The notes under the pieces are model-generated. The model had not been told where the DNA came from, searched no databases, and worked only from the letters and a program-made list of their open reading frames with translations. Of a DNA stretch of 64,000 nt, positions 39,201-49,196 are shown piece after piece. Each line of letters begins with the position of its first letter. Within the stretch, counting starts at the first letter, position 1. The translations under genes were made by a program, and so were the position numbers. Source of the stretch: Nitrospinales bacterium (GTDB lineage: Bacteria > Nitrospinota > Nitrospinia > Nitrospinales > VA-1); assembly GCA_965223345.1 (NCBI GenBank), contig CBDCWG010000012.1, positions 192,001-256,000 of the forward strand. The letters run 5' to 3'.

Positions 39201-39294
39201 GCGGACGCCTCTGATTCGAACTGTCTCTTTTACGACGCAACCGTGCCGCACCGCGCCCGGTATCGGCGCAGTGTCTCCGATGACACGGGTGAGG

Positions 39295-40488
39295 TCAACC
39301 CTTTCTCAAAAGCGATTCGTAACCGAGCACGATTTTCTGAAATTCATCCCGCTTGTCTTTCGCAACCTTGCGGTAATACGATTTGACGGTTTTGAACTCA
39401 AACGGATTGTGCACGATGGAATTGTTCTTGCGGTCCTTGATTTCATAGTGCAGGTGCGGCGCGAACGAGCGGCCGGTGTTGCCGGATTCGCCGATCTTCT
39501 GTCCCTGTTTGACGGAATCGCCGACCTGCACGCCGACCTTGCTCAAGTGCAGGTACAGGGTCTTGACGCCCTGTTCGGGATGATCCAGTTCGATGCAGAA
39601 CCCGTTCGCGCGGGTGTTCCAGTTGACCCGCTTCACCCGCCCCGCAAAGCTCGCGAACACGGGCGTTCCCACCGGCGCTTTAAAGTCGGTGCCTTCGTGC
39701 CCCACGGGGCCTTTGCGGTGGTCGCCGGGCAGCGAGGTGATTTCGCTGTATTCGAGGATCGGCGCGAACGGTTTGGCGATGCGTTTCGCGATTTCCCGGC
39801 CCTGCTTGTCGAAAAAAGCGCCGTAGCCGCCTTCCTGTTCGATGAAATGGTTGGCGTCGAATTTTTTCTTGAGCAGGGTGCTTTCGTAGACGAACTTCAA
39901 CACCTTGAACCGCTCTTTGCCGGGAATCTTTTCATAGATCACGCTCAGGGTGTCCCCGTTGCGCATGTTTCTGTTGACGTCGAAAAACCACACCAGAAGC
40001 CGGTTCAGGTAGGCGGACAAATGCTCGCAGCCTTCCGAGCGCGTCAGCACGCCGCATAGGGTGTGGGTGAGGGAGTTCTGGATCTTGATTTCCAGCACGG
40101 TCGCCCCGCGGTCGGTGTCCGGAAGCGGGGCGGGCAGCAGGGCCGGAACAACCTTGCTTTTCACGGCGAGTAGCTTTTCGCGCGGAGAGGCGTCCACATC
40201 CAGCTTCACCGGCAGCGTGCGCGGCTCTGCGATTTCGGTGTCCGCGGGGGAGGCGGCGGTCGGCAAGCGCGAGGGCGGTTCCGGGTCCTGAAAAAAAAGG
40301 AAATAGGCGTTTAAGGAAATGGAAGCCAGAAACAGCAGGTTGAACATCCTGCGCAGCGGCGAACGCCGTCTGGTACGCCGCTGCTGGCTGTTCACGGCGC
40401 CGGCCAGGCTGCGCCCCTCCAGCGCGGTTTCCCTCAACGAGGTTGAAATATAAGATTTTTTATCATCAGTGGGCTTCATGGATCGCAT
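39295..40488 (-). CDS. M23 family metallopeptidase
   Basis: HEGTDF (HxxxD), YLHLS, SGNTGRSFAPHLHYE; N-terminal TM anchor. Confidence 0.92.
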   Translation of the reverse strand: MRSMKPTDDKKSYISTSLRETALEGRSLAGAVNSQQRRTRRRSPLRRMFNLLFLASISLNAYFLFFQDPEPPSRLPTAASPADTEIAEPRTLPVKLDVDASPREKLLAVKSKVVPALLPAPLPDTDRGATVLEIKIQNSLTHTLCGVLTRSEGCEHLSAYLNRLLVWFFDVNRNMRNGDTLSVIYEKIPGKERFKVLKFVYESTLLKKKFDANHFIEQEGGYGAFFDKQGREIAKRIAKPFAPILEYSEITSLPGDHRKGPVGHEGTDFKAPVGTPVFASFAGRVKRVNWNTRANGFCIELDHPEQGVKTLYLHLSKVGVQVGDSVKQGQKIGESGNTGRSFAPHLHYEIKDRKNNSIVHNPFEFKTVKSYYRKVAKDKRDEFQKIVLGYESLLRKG

Positions 40489-40746
40489 CGCTCATTCGGG
40501 TGGATGGATTCGGTGCGGCAACGGCAACGGATTGGGGCACGGGCATGGGTTTTTGAATGTCAGGGATCGATTTTGTTGCGGAATCGGGTGGAAACGGTGG
40601 GACGCTTCGGGCAAAGCGTTTTCAGCCGGGGATAATTAGCGGACACCTCCTTGGTTCCATTGCGGTTTTGTACTACAATTTTGCGAACCCATTATGGCAA
40701 ATCGCGCCCGATTTAACAACCTATTGATTTTTAATTTTCTATTCTC

Positions 40747-41838
40747 ATGACCAACGCACCGGAACGCATTTTTATCGAGACCGGGGCCGAAGCCTACCCG
40801 CTCGCCCGGCAGGTCCTGGAACGCTTCCCGCAGGTGCCGGTCGAGCGCATTGCCGAAACCGGTCCGGTGATCGAACGCATCCGCCGCACTCAGCAAGACG
40901 TGTTCGGGGCGAGCAAGAAACAGCTGGTGCTGTCGCGTTTCAAGGGGTCGTATCTGCGCAAATGTCCGGGCATCAGTCCCGGCATGGTGTGCTGCAATTA
41001 TTACGTGGTCAATCTGCTGAAAAACTGCGTGTACGACTGCTCGTACTGCTTCCTGCAGGAATTTCTCGACAACAACCCGCTGCTGGTCGCCTACGTCAAC
41101 GTGGAAGACCTGATCGAAGAGCTGGACGCGGTGCTGCGTGCGCATCCGGACCGCACGTTCCGCGTCGGGACCGGCGAGCTGACGGACAGCCTGGCTCTGG
41201 AGCACTGGCTGCCTTACGCCGAGCGGCTGATCCCCTTTTTCAACGGCCAATCCAACGCGGTGCTGGAGCTGAAAACCAAATCGGACCGGGTGGAAACCCT
41301 GCTCGCCCAGAAAGATACGCGCAACGTCATCGTTTCCTGGTCCATCAACCCGCCTGAGATCGTCGAGCGCGAGGAAAAGGGAACGCCCAGCCTTGCGAGG
41401 CGTCTGGAAGCGGCGCGGCTGTGCCAGGAAAAAGGCTACCGCGTCGGTTTCCACTTCGACCCGATCGTGCTGTTCGATGGCTGGGAAGCGGCCTACACGG
41501 AGCTGATCGACCGGCTTTTCGCCACGCTGTCGCCTTCAGGCATCGAATGGATCAGCCTCGGCAGCTTCCGCTACCGGTCGCCGCTCAAACGCATCATCAA
41601 GGAGCGGCACGCGGACACGCGGCTGTTCACCGAAGAGCACATCGCCAGCAAGGACGGCAAGTTCCGCTACCTGCGCCCGCTGCGCAACCAGGCCTACACC
41701 ACCGTGCGCGACCTGATCAAACGGCATTCGGAGTCGTTGAACGTCTATCTGTGCATGGAAACGAAGGAAGTGTGGGAAGGGGTGACGGGGAAGACGCCGC
41801 GCAGCGACCGCGCGCTGGATCAATTCTTCGATCTGTAA
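40747..41838 (+). CDS. Spore photoproduct lyase-family radical SAM protein
   Basis: NCVYDCSYCFLQ (CxxxCxxC), GTGELTDSL, ELKTKS, FHFDP, YLCME. Confidence 0.88.
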   Translation: MTNAPERIFIETGAEAYPLARQVLERFPQVPVERIAETGPVIERIRRTQQDVFGASKKQLVLSRFKGSYLRKCPGISPGMVCCNYYVVNLLKNCVYDCSYCFLQEFLDNNPLLVAYVNVEDLIEELDAVLRAHPDRTFRVGTGELTDSLALEHWLPYAERLIPFFNGQSNAVLELKTKSDRVETLLAQKDTRNVIVSWSINPPEIVEREEKGTPSLARRLEAARLCQEKGYRVGFHFDPIVLFDGWEAAYTELIDRLFATLSPSGIEWISLGSFRYRSPLKRIIKERHADTRLFTEEHIASKDGKFRYLRPLRNQAYTTVRDLIKRHSESLNVYLCMETKEVWEGVTGKTPRSDRALDQFFDL

Positions 41839-41851
41839 AAACTCAAGACCC

Positions 41852-42961
41852 TCAAAGCCGCATGGGCATGACGATGCTCATGTAGTCCTTGTCGTTTTCG
41901 ACCGTGATCAGGCAGGAGTGGTTCTGGTCTTTCAGGTTGAGGACGATTTCCTCGTCCTCGATCACGTTCAGCACGTCGAGCACGTATTTGGCGTTCAGCC
42001 CCACCGAAACATCCTCGCCCTGGTAGTTGACGGGCAGCTCTTCGCGGGCGGCGCCCAGGTCGGAATTGTCCGAGACCAGGGTCATGTTGCCTTTGTGGAT
42101 GTCGAACCGCACCATCTTGGATTTTTCATCGGCGAGCAGGGCCACGCGTTTGAGGGCGTGCACCAGATCGTTGCGATTGATGGCGACCTTCAGGTTGTTA
42201 TCCGAGGGCAGAACCTGGCGGTAGTTGGGGAACTTGCCGTCGATTTTGCGCGACACGATGACCTGCTTGCCCTGGATGAAGGCCAGGTGGTTGTTCTTAA
42301 CGGAAAAGGCGAAGGTGGCCTCTTCGTCCTCCATCAGTTTCAACAGCTCCGCCAGGGCTTTTTTGGGGAGCAGGTAACTCAGGTTCTCGCCCTTCGGCAC
42401 GGTGGATTTGAGCAGGGGCCGCTGGATGAAACACAGCCGGTGCCCGTCGGTGCCGACGAGGTTGGCATGCCCGTTTTCTTTTTCCAGAAGCAGCCCGTTT
42501 AAGGCCTGGCGGGTCTCGTCCGGGGATACGGCGAAGAAGGTTTTGCGGATCATCTCCTTGAGCAACAGCGAGCTGAACTCCATCAGCGTTTCCTCGCTGT
42601 ATTCCGGCAGCGCCGGGAAATCCGCCGCCGGCAGCCCGGGCAGCCGGAACTTGGAATTGCCGCATTTCAACGTCACCCACTCGTTTTCTTCCTTGATCAT
42701 GTGGATCTCCAGATCGGGAAGCTCGCGGATGATGTCGTAGAGTTTTCTCGCGTTCAGAGTCGTGGAGCCCTGGGCGATCACGTTGGCGGGATAGAACCCT
42801 TTGGTTCCGATCTCAAGGTCGGTGGCCTCGACGAGAATGCCTTCCTTGTCGGTCTTGATGAGGACGTGCGACAGGATCGGCATCGCGCCTTTGGTTTCAA
42901 CGATGCCCTGGACCTTTTGCACCGCGCTCAGAAAATTGTCACGGGTGATTCGGACTTCCAT
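41852..42961 (-). CDS. dnaN: DNA polymerase III beta subunit (sliding clamp)
   Basis: MPILSHVL, ATDLE, GTDGHRL, GKFPNYRQVLP, C-terminal IVMPMRL; 369 aa. Confidence 0.97.
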   Translation of the reverse strand: MEVRITRDNFLSAVQKVQGIVETKGAMPILSHVLIKTDKEGILVEATDLEIGTKGFYPANVIAQGSTTLNARKLYDIIRELPDLEIHMIKEENEWVTLKCGNSKFRLPGLPAADFPALPEYSEETLMEFSSLLLKEMIRKTFFAVSPDETRQALNGLLLEKENGHANLVGTDGHRLCFIQRPLLKSTVPKGENLSYLLPKKALAELLKLMEDEEATFAFSVKNNHLAFIQGKQVIVSRKIDGKFPNYRQVLPSDNNLKVAINRNDLVHALKRVALLADEKSKMVRFDIHKGNMTLVSDNSDLGAAREELPVNYQGEDVSVGLNAKYVLDVLNVIEDEEIVLNLKDQNHSCLITVENDKDYMSIVMPMRL

Positions 42962-43015
42962 ACTTTGTTCTCTCCCGATTCGGCCTTATTATCGCATTTT
43001 AGAAGAAAAAAAGCT

Positions 43016-43044
43016 TAAATAGCATGAAACCCCTACCCTGTCAA
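43016..43044 (-). promoter_or_regulatory. Sigma70-type promoter for dnaN
   Basis: Minus strand TTGACA-N17-TATTTA with extended TGn. Confidence 0.55.
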
Positions 43045-43240
43045 AAGTAAATATCCGAACCGGGAACTCCCGGTTGCCGGGCGCGACCGGCGGCCCGAAG
43101 CGGTCGAAATTCAGGCCCGCCGCCCGGAACCGGGGCGGACCGGGCGCGGGCTAAAGACCTTGCGGGCAAGGCGGCTCGCGACGCAAGCGGGTGGCCGCGT
43201 TCGATCGGCCCAAGCTTTTCATTGAGATGACGTCTCGCGA

Positions 43241-43269
43241 TTGACTCGCCCCACGGCTTGTGGTATTTT
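43241..43269 (+). promoter_or_regulatory. Sigma70-type promoter for aroF
   Basis: TTGACT-N17-TATTTT with extended TGn. Confidence 0.55.
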
Positions 43270-43296
43270 CAACGATTTCCTGCCTTTGAGGGGACC

Positions 43297-44316
43297 ATGA
43301 TCATCGTAATGCGGCCGGAGGCCACGCAAGAACAGATCGAAGCGGTGGAAGACCAGATCACCGATCTTGGCTACAAGCCGCACGAAATTGTGGGCGTCGA
43401 ACGCAAGGTCATCGGCGCGGTGGGCGACGAACGCGGCAAAGACCGGCTGCAGATGATCGAATCGATGCCGGGCGTGGAGTCGGTGTTCCCCATCCTCAAA
43501 CCCTACAAACTGGCCAGCCGGGAAGTGCAGAAGCAGGACACCGTCATCCAGGTGGACGGGCTTTCCATCGGCTCCAAAGAGATCGCCATCATGGCCGGTC
43601 CCTGCTCGGTGGAAAGCCGTGATCAGATCGTGGAAACGGCGCGCGGGGTGAAGCAGGCGGGCGCCAACATCATGCGCGGCGGGGCCTTCAAACCGCGGAC
43701 CTCCCCCTACAGTTTCCAGGGGCTGGAGGAAGAAGGGCTCAAACTGTTGCAGGCGGCGAAGGACGACACCGGGCTGCCCATTGTGACGGAGGTGATGAAC
43801 CCGCGCGAGGTGGAGCTGGTCGCCCGCTACGCGGACATCATGCAGGTGGGAGCGAGAAACGTGCAGAACTTTTCTTTGCTCAAGGAACTGGGCAAGCTGC
43901 GCAAACCCGTCCTGCTCAAACGCGGCATGATGACGACGATCAAGGAATTTCTGATGTCCGCCGAATACATGCTGGCGGAAGGCAACCGCGACATCATCCT
44001 GTGCGAACGGGGCATCCGCACGTTCGAGACGGCCACCCGCAACACGCTGGATTTGAGCGCCGTTCCGGTGCTGAAAAAAGAATCGCACCTGCCGGTCATC
44101 ATCGATCCCAGCCACGGCACCGGCCACTGGGACCTGGTGGGCTCGATGGCCAAGGCGTCGATCGCCGCCGGCGCGGACGGGCTGATGATCGAGGTGCACC
44201 CCGACCCGATCCGGGCCTATTCGGACGGCCCCCAGTCGCTCAAACCGAAAAAATTCGCCAAACTGGTCGAGGAACTGCGGCCTTTCATCCAGCTCATGGG
44301 CCGGACTCTGGCCTGA
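43297..44316 (+). CDS. aroF: 3-deoxy-7-phosphoheptulonate (DAHP) synthase, type I-beta with N-terminal regulatory domain
   Basis: MIIVM.., [43 protein letters not shown]. Confidence 0.96.
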   Translation: MIIVMRPEATQEQIEAVEDQITDLGYKPHEIVGVERKVIGAVGDERGKDRLQMIESMPGVESVFPILKPYKLASREVQKQDTVIQVDGLSIGSKEIAIMAGPCSVESRDQIVETARGVKQAGANIMRGGAFKPRTSPYSFQGLEEEGLKLLQAAKDDTGLPIVTEVMNPREVELVARYADIMQVGARNVQNFSLLKELGKLRKPVLLKRGMMTTIKEFLMSAEYMLAEGNRDIILCERGIRTFETATRNTLDLSAVPVLKKESHLPVIIDPSHGTGHWDLVGSMAKASIAAGADGLMIEVHPDPIRAYSDGPQSLKPKKFAKLVEELRPFIQLMGRTLA

Positions 44317-44471
44317 ACGGGTTCGGCAGTCCGACCTGAAGCGAATCCGATCCTTCCAATCCCCCCCTCTTCTCTTGAATCTGCGCAGAAATGCGTTTAT
44401 CCTTAAAATTACAGGTATTTTTCGCATAATTGAGGGAATTTAAGCGGCCCCGACGCCCCCAGCGGAACATC

Positions 44472-47189
44472 ATGAGTGATTTGCTCCAATCCAACCGAAA
44501 GCTTGCCGACGCTTACCGGGACGCAATCGCAAACAAACTGTCCCGCACCATCGACCCGTCCGCCCTTCTGGGCTCGCCCGATTCGGACCCACAAAAATTC
44601 TACCTGGAATTCAAAAACCAGGTTGCGCAGATCGTTCATGAAGAAACCGAAACGCTAAAGAAAGAGATTCTGCAATCGGACGACTGCCACCTGTTGCTGC
44701 TCAAGCGCACCGCACTGGTGGACGAGGTTGTCAAGACGGCGTTTCAAACCGCCGTCTGGTATTACAACCACCGGCATCAGACCCAATTCAAACCGCAGGA
44801 AATTCCGATCGCCATCGTGGCGCGCGGCGGCTACGGCCGCGAGGAGATGTTTCTGCGCTCGGACGTGGATATCCACATCGTGATCAACGTCACGAAAGAG
44901 CAGACGGAAACCGAGTCGATTCCCGAGATCTCCAAATATTTCGAATACCTGTTCATCTTTCAGAACATTTTCCCCACGGCGAGCCATTCCTGCCTGTTCG
45001 AGTTGAGCGGTCTGGACGAGGAGTACCATCCGGAGAAGATGCACGATTTTTTCGCGCTGCTCGAACACCGCTTCGTTGCGGGCAGCGCGCACATCTACAC
45101 CGAGTTCAAAAGCTCGCTGAAAACCGCGACCCTGCTGCACCAGAAAGAAATCCTCAAATACTGCCTGCAGCACCGGACCTACTACGATGTGCAGAACACG
45201 GTGTTTCAGCAGGAACCCAACGTCAAGGAGGAGCTGCGCCGGCTGTACTGGGCGCTGGCGCTGGTGCGCATCCGGCAGAACCTGGAAGCGACCAATCAGT
45301 TCGAACTTTTGGAAGTGCTCTTCAACAACAAAACGCTGAACAAGAAGACCTACAACAAAATGAAGTTCGCCTTCAACTTCCTGGTGAAGGTGCGGCTGCT
45401 TTTGCACGCGCATCAACCCGAGGCGCACCGGGATGTGATGAGCTACGAAGTGCGGGAAAAAATCGCCGAGTCGATGGGCTACGAGTTGATCGCGTTTTAC
45501 AACGAATATTTCTACCGGGCGGGGCTGCCGCTCAAACGCTACAGCCGCAACCTGTTTCAGGAAAGCATCGCCTTCGACACAAAGATGCACGAAGAGCTGT
45601 CGAAATACTTCGCGCTCAGCAAAGAAAATCAGATCATTTTCAACGGCGGGACCGAAGCCGCCGGTTCCGCTCCGCTGTATCTGATGCTGGAAGTGTTCGC
45701 CTGGGTGTCGGAAAAGAATTACCGGATTTCCTACCCGGTGATGCGGTTTCTCGAAGACCGTCTGGCTCAAGCGGGACCGCTCGGTTTCAACGCGAAGGAG
45801 GCGCAGGCGGTGCAGGGCTTTTTCAAGCGGGTCATGGAAGGGCAGTATTATTCCAAAGCGATCCGGCTGCTGCACGAATTCGGCCTGCTCGGCAATTACT
45901 TCATACCGGATTTCAAAAACCTCTGCGGCCTCTTACAAGATATCTACGTGCACAAATTCCCGACGGACATGCACATCCTCTCGGCGCTCGACGCGCTGAA
46001 CCTGCTCGACACCGACCCGAACGCCGACGCGTTCCTGGTGGAGCTGTACCGTTCCCTGAAGGACAAAACGGCGATCCGGCTTGCGGTCCTGCTGCACGAC
46101 ATCGGCAAGGGCGCCGAGGACAAATCCGTCAACGAAGAGATGATGGGCGCGCGCATGATCCCCGGCATCCTCGCCCGCCTGGGGTATGCCGACAAGAAAA
46201 AGCGCGTGGACGATCTGGCGTTTCTGGTGGAAAAGCATCTGACCATGTACGATCTGATGCTGCTCGACCCGGAGGCGGACGACACCTACGAGATGGTCTG
46301 GGACCTGGTGGAGCACGACCGCGAACGGCTGAAGATGCTGGTGCTGCTCACCTACGCCGACCGCGCGGGCACCAAGATGAAGATGTCGCCCACGCAGATC
46401 GAGCAGTTGAAAATCTTCTACCAGTACACGCTGCACCACAAAAAACACGAGGAGGTCCCCCAGTCGGTGAAGCTGGAGTTTTTGCAGATGGTGCGCCTGC
46501 CCAAGGATTTGCAGTCGCAGCTGGAAACCTACTATGCGTTTTCCCGCTCGAAGGAAAAGCTGGCGGTGGAGTTTCTGTTCAAGCCGGACCAGCCTTCGGA
46601 GCTGGTGGTGTGCGCGCGCGATCAGAAAGGGCTTTTGTTCAACGTTTCCACGGTGCTGGCCTTCAACCAGCTCAACATCGTGGAAGCCAACATCCAGACG
46701 TTCAACGACAACGCGTTCGACGTTTTCAAGGTGGTGTCGCGCGAGGACAGCCGCATCGACTACTCGAATTTCTATTTCGTGCAGAAGCAGGTGAAGCAGG
46801 ACCTCAAGCGGATCCTGGTCGAAGGGGACTCGTTCGCGTCGATCTTCAAGGGCCGCACCCTGAGCAACGAGCGGGAAAAGCACCCCTACCGCGACGTCAA
46901 ACTCAAGATCAAGATCATCGGCCGCTCGGTGACGCTGTCCACGCACGACCTGATCGGCACCTTCATGATGGAAACCAAGGTGTTCGCCCAGCTCGGCATG
47001 GAGATCCAGCGCTCGGTGATCCACACGCAGCAGGGCACCGCCTCGAATATTTTTTATATCCGGCCTGAGGACGTGGAAAAAATCCACCGCAATCACGCCG
47101 AGTTTGAAAGCATGCTGAAAAAGGCATTGCTGCCCCTGATACAATCGGACCCGTTGTTCCTGGAGGAAACCGTCGTTCCGGTCCCGTGA
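44472..47189 (+). CDS. glnD: GlnD-like PII uridylyltransferase/uridylyl-removing enzyme
   Basis: NT motif ARGGYGREE..SDVD, HD motif LLHDIGKG..TYAD, ACT-like ARDQKGLL..LNIVEANI. Confidence 0.78.
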   Translation: MSDLLQSNRKLADAYRDAIANKLSRTIDPSALLGSPDSDPQKFYLEFKNQVAQIVHEETETLKKEILQSDDCHLLLLKRTALVDEVVKTAFQTAVWYYNHRHQTQFKPQEIPIAIVARGGYGREEMFLRSDVDIHIVINVTKEQTETESIPEISKYFEYLFIFQNIFPTASHSCLFELSGLDEEYHPEKMHDFFALLEHRFVAGSAHIYTEFKSSLKTATLLHQKEILKYCLQHRTYYDVQNTVFQQEPNVKEELRRLYWALALVRIRQNLEATNQFELLEVLFNNKTLNKKTYNKMKFAFNFLVKVRLLLHAHQPEAHRDVMSYEVREKIAESMGYELIAFYNEYFYRAGLPLKRYSRNLFQESIAFDTKMHEELSKYFALSKENQIIFNGGTEAAGSAPLYLMLEVFAWVSEKNYRISYPVMRFLEDRLAQAGPLGFNAKEAQAVQGFFKRVMEGQYYSKAIRLLHEFGLLGNYFIPDFKNLCGLLQDIYVHKFPTDMHILSALDALNLLDTDPNADAFLVELYRSLKDKTAIRLAVLLHDIGKGAEDKSVNEEMMGARMIPGILARLGYADKKKRVDDLAFLVEKHLTMYDLMLLDPEADDTYEMVWDLVEHDRERLKMLVLLTYADRAGTKMKMSPTQIEQLKIFYQYTLHHKKHEEVPQSVKLEFLQMVRLPKDLQSQLETYYAFSRSKEKLAVEFLFKPDQPSELVVCARDQKGLLFNVSTVLAFNQLNIVEANIQTFNDNAFDVFKVVSREDSRIDYSNFYFVQKQVKQDLKRILVEGDSFASIFKGRTLSNEREKHPYRDVKLKIKIIGRSVTLSTHDLIGTFMMETKVFAQLGMEIQRSVIHTQQGTASNIFYIRPEDVEKIHRNHAEFESMLKKALLPLIQSDPLFLEETVVPVP

Positions 47190-47217
47190 GAACAACGCGG
47201 CCAAAAGAGAGACCATC

Positions 47218-47892
47218 ATGCATTGCCAAACGTTCCGCCCCCGATACCACACTCGACTGTGGATTCCGTTCCTGTTGTTGACCCTGACCGGTCTGCCCGC
47301 AATCTGCGCGTTCGCGGAAACCGGGCAGAGCCTCGTCGAAAAAGCGCAAAGGCTCGACAAGGACGGTTTCTTTCAGGAAGCCGTCGCGGCCTGGGAACAG
47401 CTGCTGCAATCGAACCCGTCCGCTGAAACCGCAGCGCTGGCGCGGCTCAAACTGTCGAGCACGTATCTCAAGCTCGGTCAGCCCACCAAGGCGCGGGCCA
47501 CGGTCAAAGAGCTCACCGAAACGTCGCCGGATCATTTCGACGCCCAGTTTCACCTCGCCAACACCGAAGCGGTCATGAAAAATTTCCCCGCCGCCATCCA
47601 GGCGTACGAAAAGGCCGTCGCGCTGCGCCCGGATGAAGGTCTGGGTTACGTGGGACTGGCGCTGTGCCAGTTCGGCAACGGCAATCCGGACGCCGCGGTC
47701 GAAAACCTGCAGGCCGCAAAAAAAATATTCAAAAAGAAGAAAAACATCCCCTGGTACCGGGACGCCCGCATCGCGATCCAACAGATCAAGGGTTTCGCCA
47801 AGTACCCGAAGAACTTCGCCGACCTGTGGCTGGAAAATAATCTGGTGCTGGTGCGCAACACCTATGAAAAACAGGTTTTCCCGAAAGAATAA
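47218..47892 (+). CDS. Exported TPR protein
   Basis: Signal peptide ending AFA; TPR motifs (YEKAVALRP..YVGLA). Confidence 0.83.
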   Translation: MHCQTFRPRYHTRLWIPFLLLTLTGLPAICAFAETGQSLVEKAQRLDKDGFFQEAVAAWEQLLQSNPSAETAALARLKLSSTYLKLGQPTKARATVKELTETSPDHFDAQFHLANTEAVMKNFPAAIQAYEKAVALRPDEGLGYVGLALCQFGNGNPDAAVENLQAAKKIFKKKKNIPWYRDARIAIQQIKGFAKYPKNFADLWLENNLVLVRNTYEKQVFPKE

Positions 47893-48222
47893 CGGGTTCG
47901 CATATAAAAACCGCGGCAAGGAAAAAATACCGGCGGCACGGGCTGCGTTTTTGCAACATTAAAAAATTTTAATCTCCGATTAACTCTATTTTAATTTGCG
48001 TAATTTAAGATGGTTTTATTACTTTTCTCCTCCTTTCTGCGGGGATGGGCACGGCGCCACGACCGGGCCCTTCCCCATCTCCTTTTTTTTCAGTCCCGAT
48101 TCTCAGATTGCATTTTTCCGTTCGCCCTGCGCCATCGATCCGGCAATTTCTCTAAAATCAAACCTTTGTTTTAAAGTCTCGGTGAACTCACTGAGGCTTC
48201 GCTCTTTTTACGGGAGAGGTGC

Positions 48223-49041
48223 ATGCGACCGCGATTTCTGATGTGTCCTCCAAATTATTTCGGCGTGAAGTACACGATCAATCCCTGGATGGAAGGACGC
48301 ATCGGCACGGTGGACGCGAGAAAAGCACAGATGCAGTGGAACGATTTTTATTTTTCTCTCGCGAAGGTGGCGGAGGTGAACCGCATCCAACCGCAGTTGA
48401 TGCTGCCGGACATGGTGTTCACGGCGAACGCGGGGCTGCTGCGGAACGGTGTGTTCATTCCCAGCCGCTTCCGGCACGAGGAACGGCAGGGCGAAGAACC
48501 TCTTTTCAAAGGCTGGTTTCTCTCCCAGGGCTACCGCATCGCCGACTGGGACCCCAGCGTTTTTTTCGAGGGCGCGGGCGACGCGCTGTTTCAGCCGGGG
48601 CAGGATCTGTTGTGGGCGGCGCACGGATTCCGCACCGATCCCGCCGCACACGCCGAGGCGGCGCGCCTGTTCAACATCGAGGTGATCTCCCTCAAACTGG
48701 TGGACCCGCGGTTTTATCACCTGGACACCTGTTTCTGCCCGCTGCTGGATGGGCATGTGTTTTATTACCCCAGGGCGTTCGATGCGGCGTCGCGCGAAGC
48801 CATTGAAAAACGGCTGCCGCAAGACAAGCGCATCGCCATCGCCACGGAGGATGCGGTGCGGTTCGCCTGCAACGCGGTGCTGGCCGGTAAAAACCTGTTC
48901 CTCAATCACGCAAGCGATGACCTGCGGCAAACACTCGAAGGCCTGGGCTACCACGTGCAGGTGAAACCGGTGAGCGAATTCATGAAAGCGGGCGGCGCCA
49001 ACAAATGCCTCACGCTGGAGCTGACCGCTCCCGGCAGCTGA
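48223..49041 (+). CDS. Amidinotransferase/pentein superfamily guanidino hydrolase (ArgZ N-domain-like)
   Basis: FLMCPP..INPWM, PDMVFTANAG, FEGAGD, FYHLDTCF, GGANKCLTL (catalytic Asp/His/Cys). Confidence 0.9.
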   Translation: MRPRFLMCPPNYFGVKYTINPWMEGRIGTVDARKAQMQWNDFYFSLAKVAEVNRIQPQLMLPDMVFTANAGLLRNGVFIPSRFRHEERQGEEPLFKGWFLSQGYRIADWDPSVFFEGAGDALFQPGQDLLWAAHGFRTDPAAHAEAARLFNIEVISLKLVDPRFYHLDTCFCPLLDGHVFYYPRAFDAASREAIEKRLPQDKRIAIATEDAVRFACNAVLAGKNLFLNHASDDLRQTLEGLGYHVQVKPVSEFMKAGGANKCLTLELTAPGS

Positions 49042-49196
49042 ACGCGGCCAACCAGTTGGGCGGTTTTCGATTTGAGTTTGGTTTTGCAGGCAATTGAGTT
49101 ACAATCGATGTGATTAAATCCAATTTTTTAAATGATTTTGCTGCTTTCGGGCCGTTTTTGCCTGAACATTTCCGCGCAATGCAATTTTCATCCTAC

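Noticed and set aside
42962..43296. Replication origin next to dnaN
   Set aside because: No TTATCCACA-type DnaA box cluster or extended AT-rich unwinding element; dnaA absent
44317..44380. SRP RNA suggested by tcaggtcgg and ggaagg on the minus strand
   Set aside because: Motifs occur in the wrong order and do not form the SRP domain IV helix
48041..48076. Guanidine-II (mini-ykkC) riboswitch suggested by ACGG and ACGA
   Set aside because: The two ACGR motifs are only 4 nt apart and cannot each cap a separate G-C stem as required
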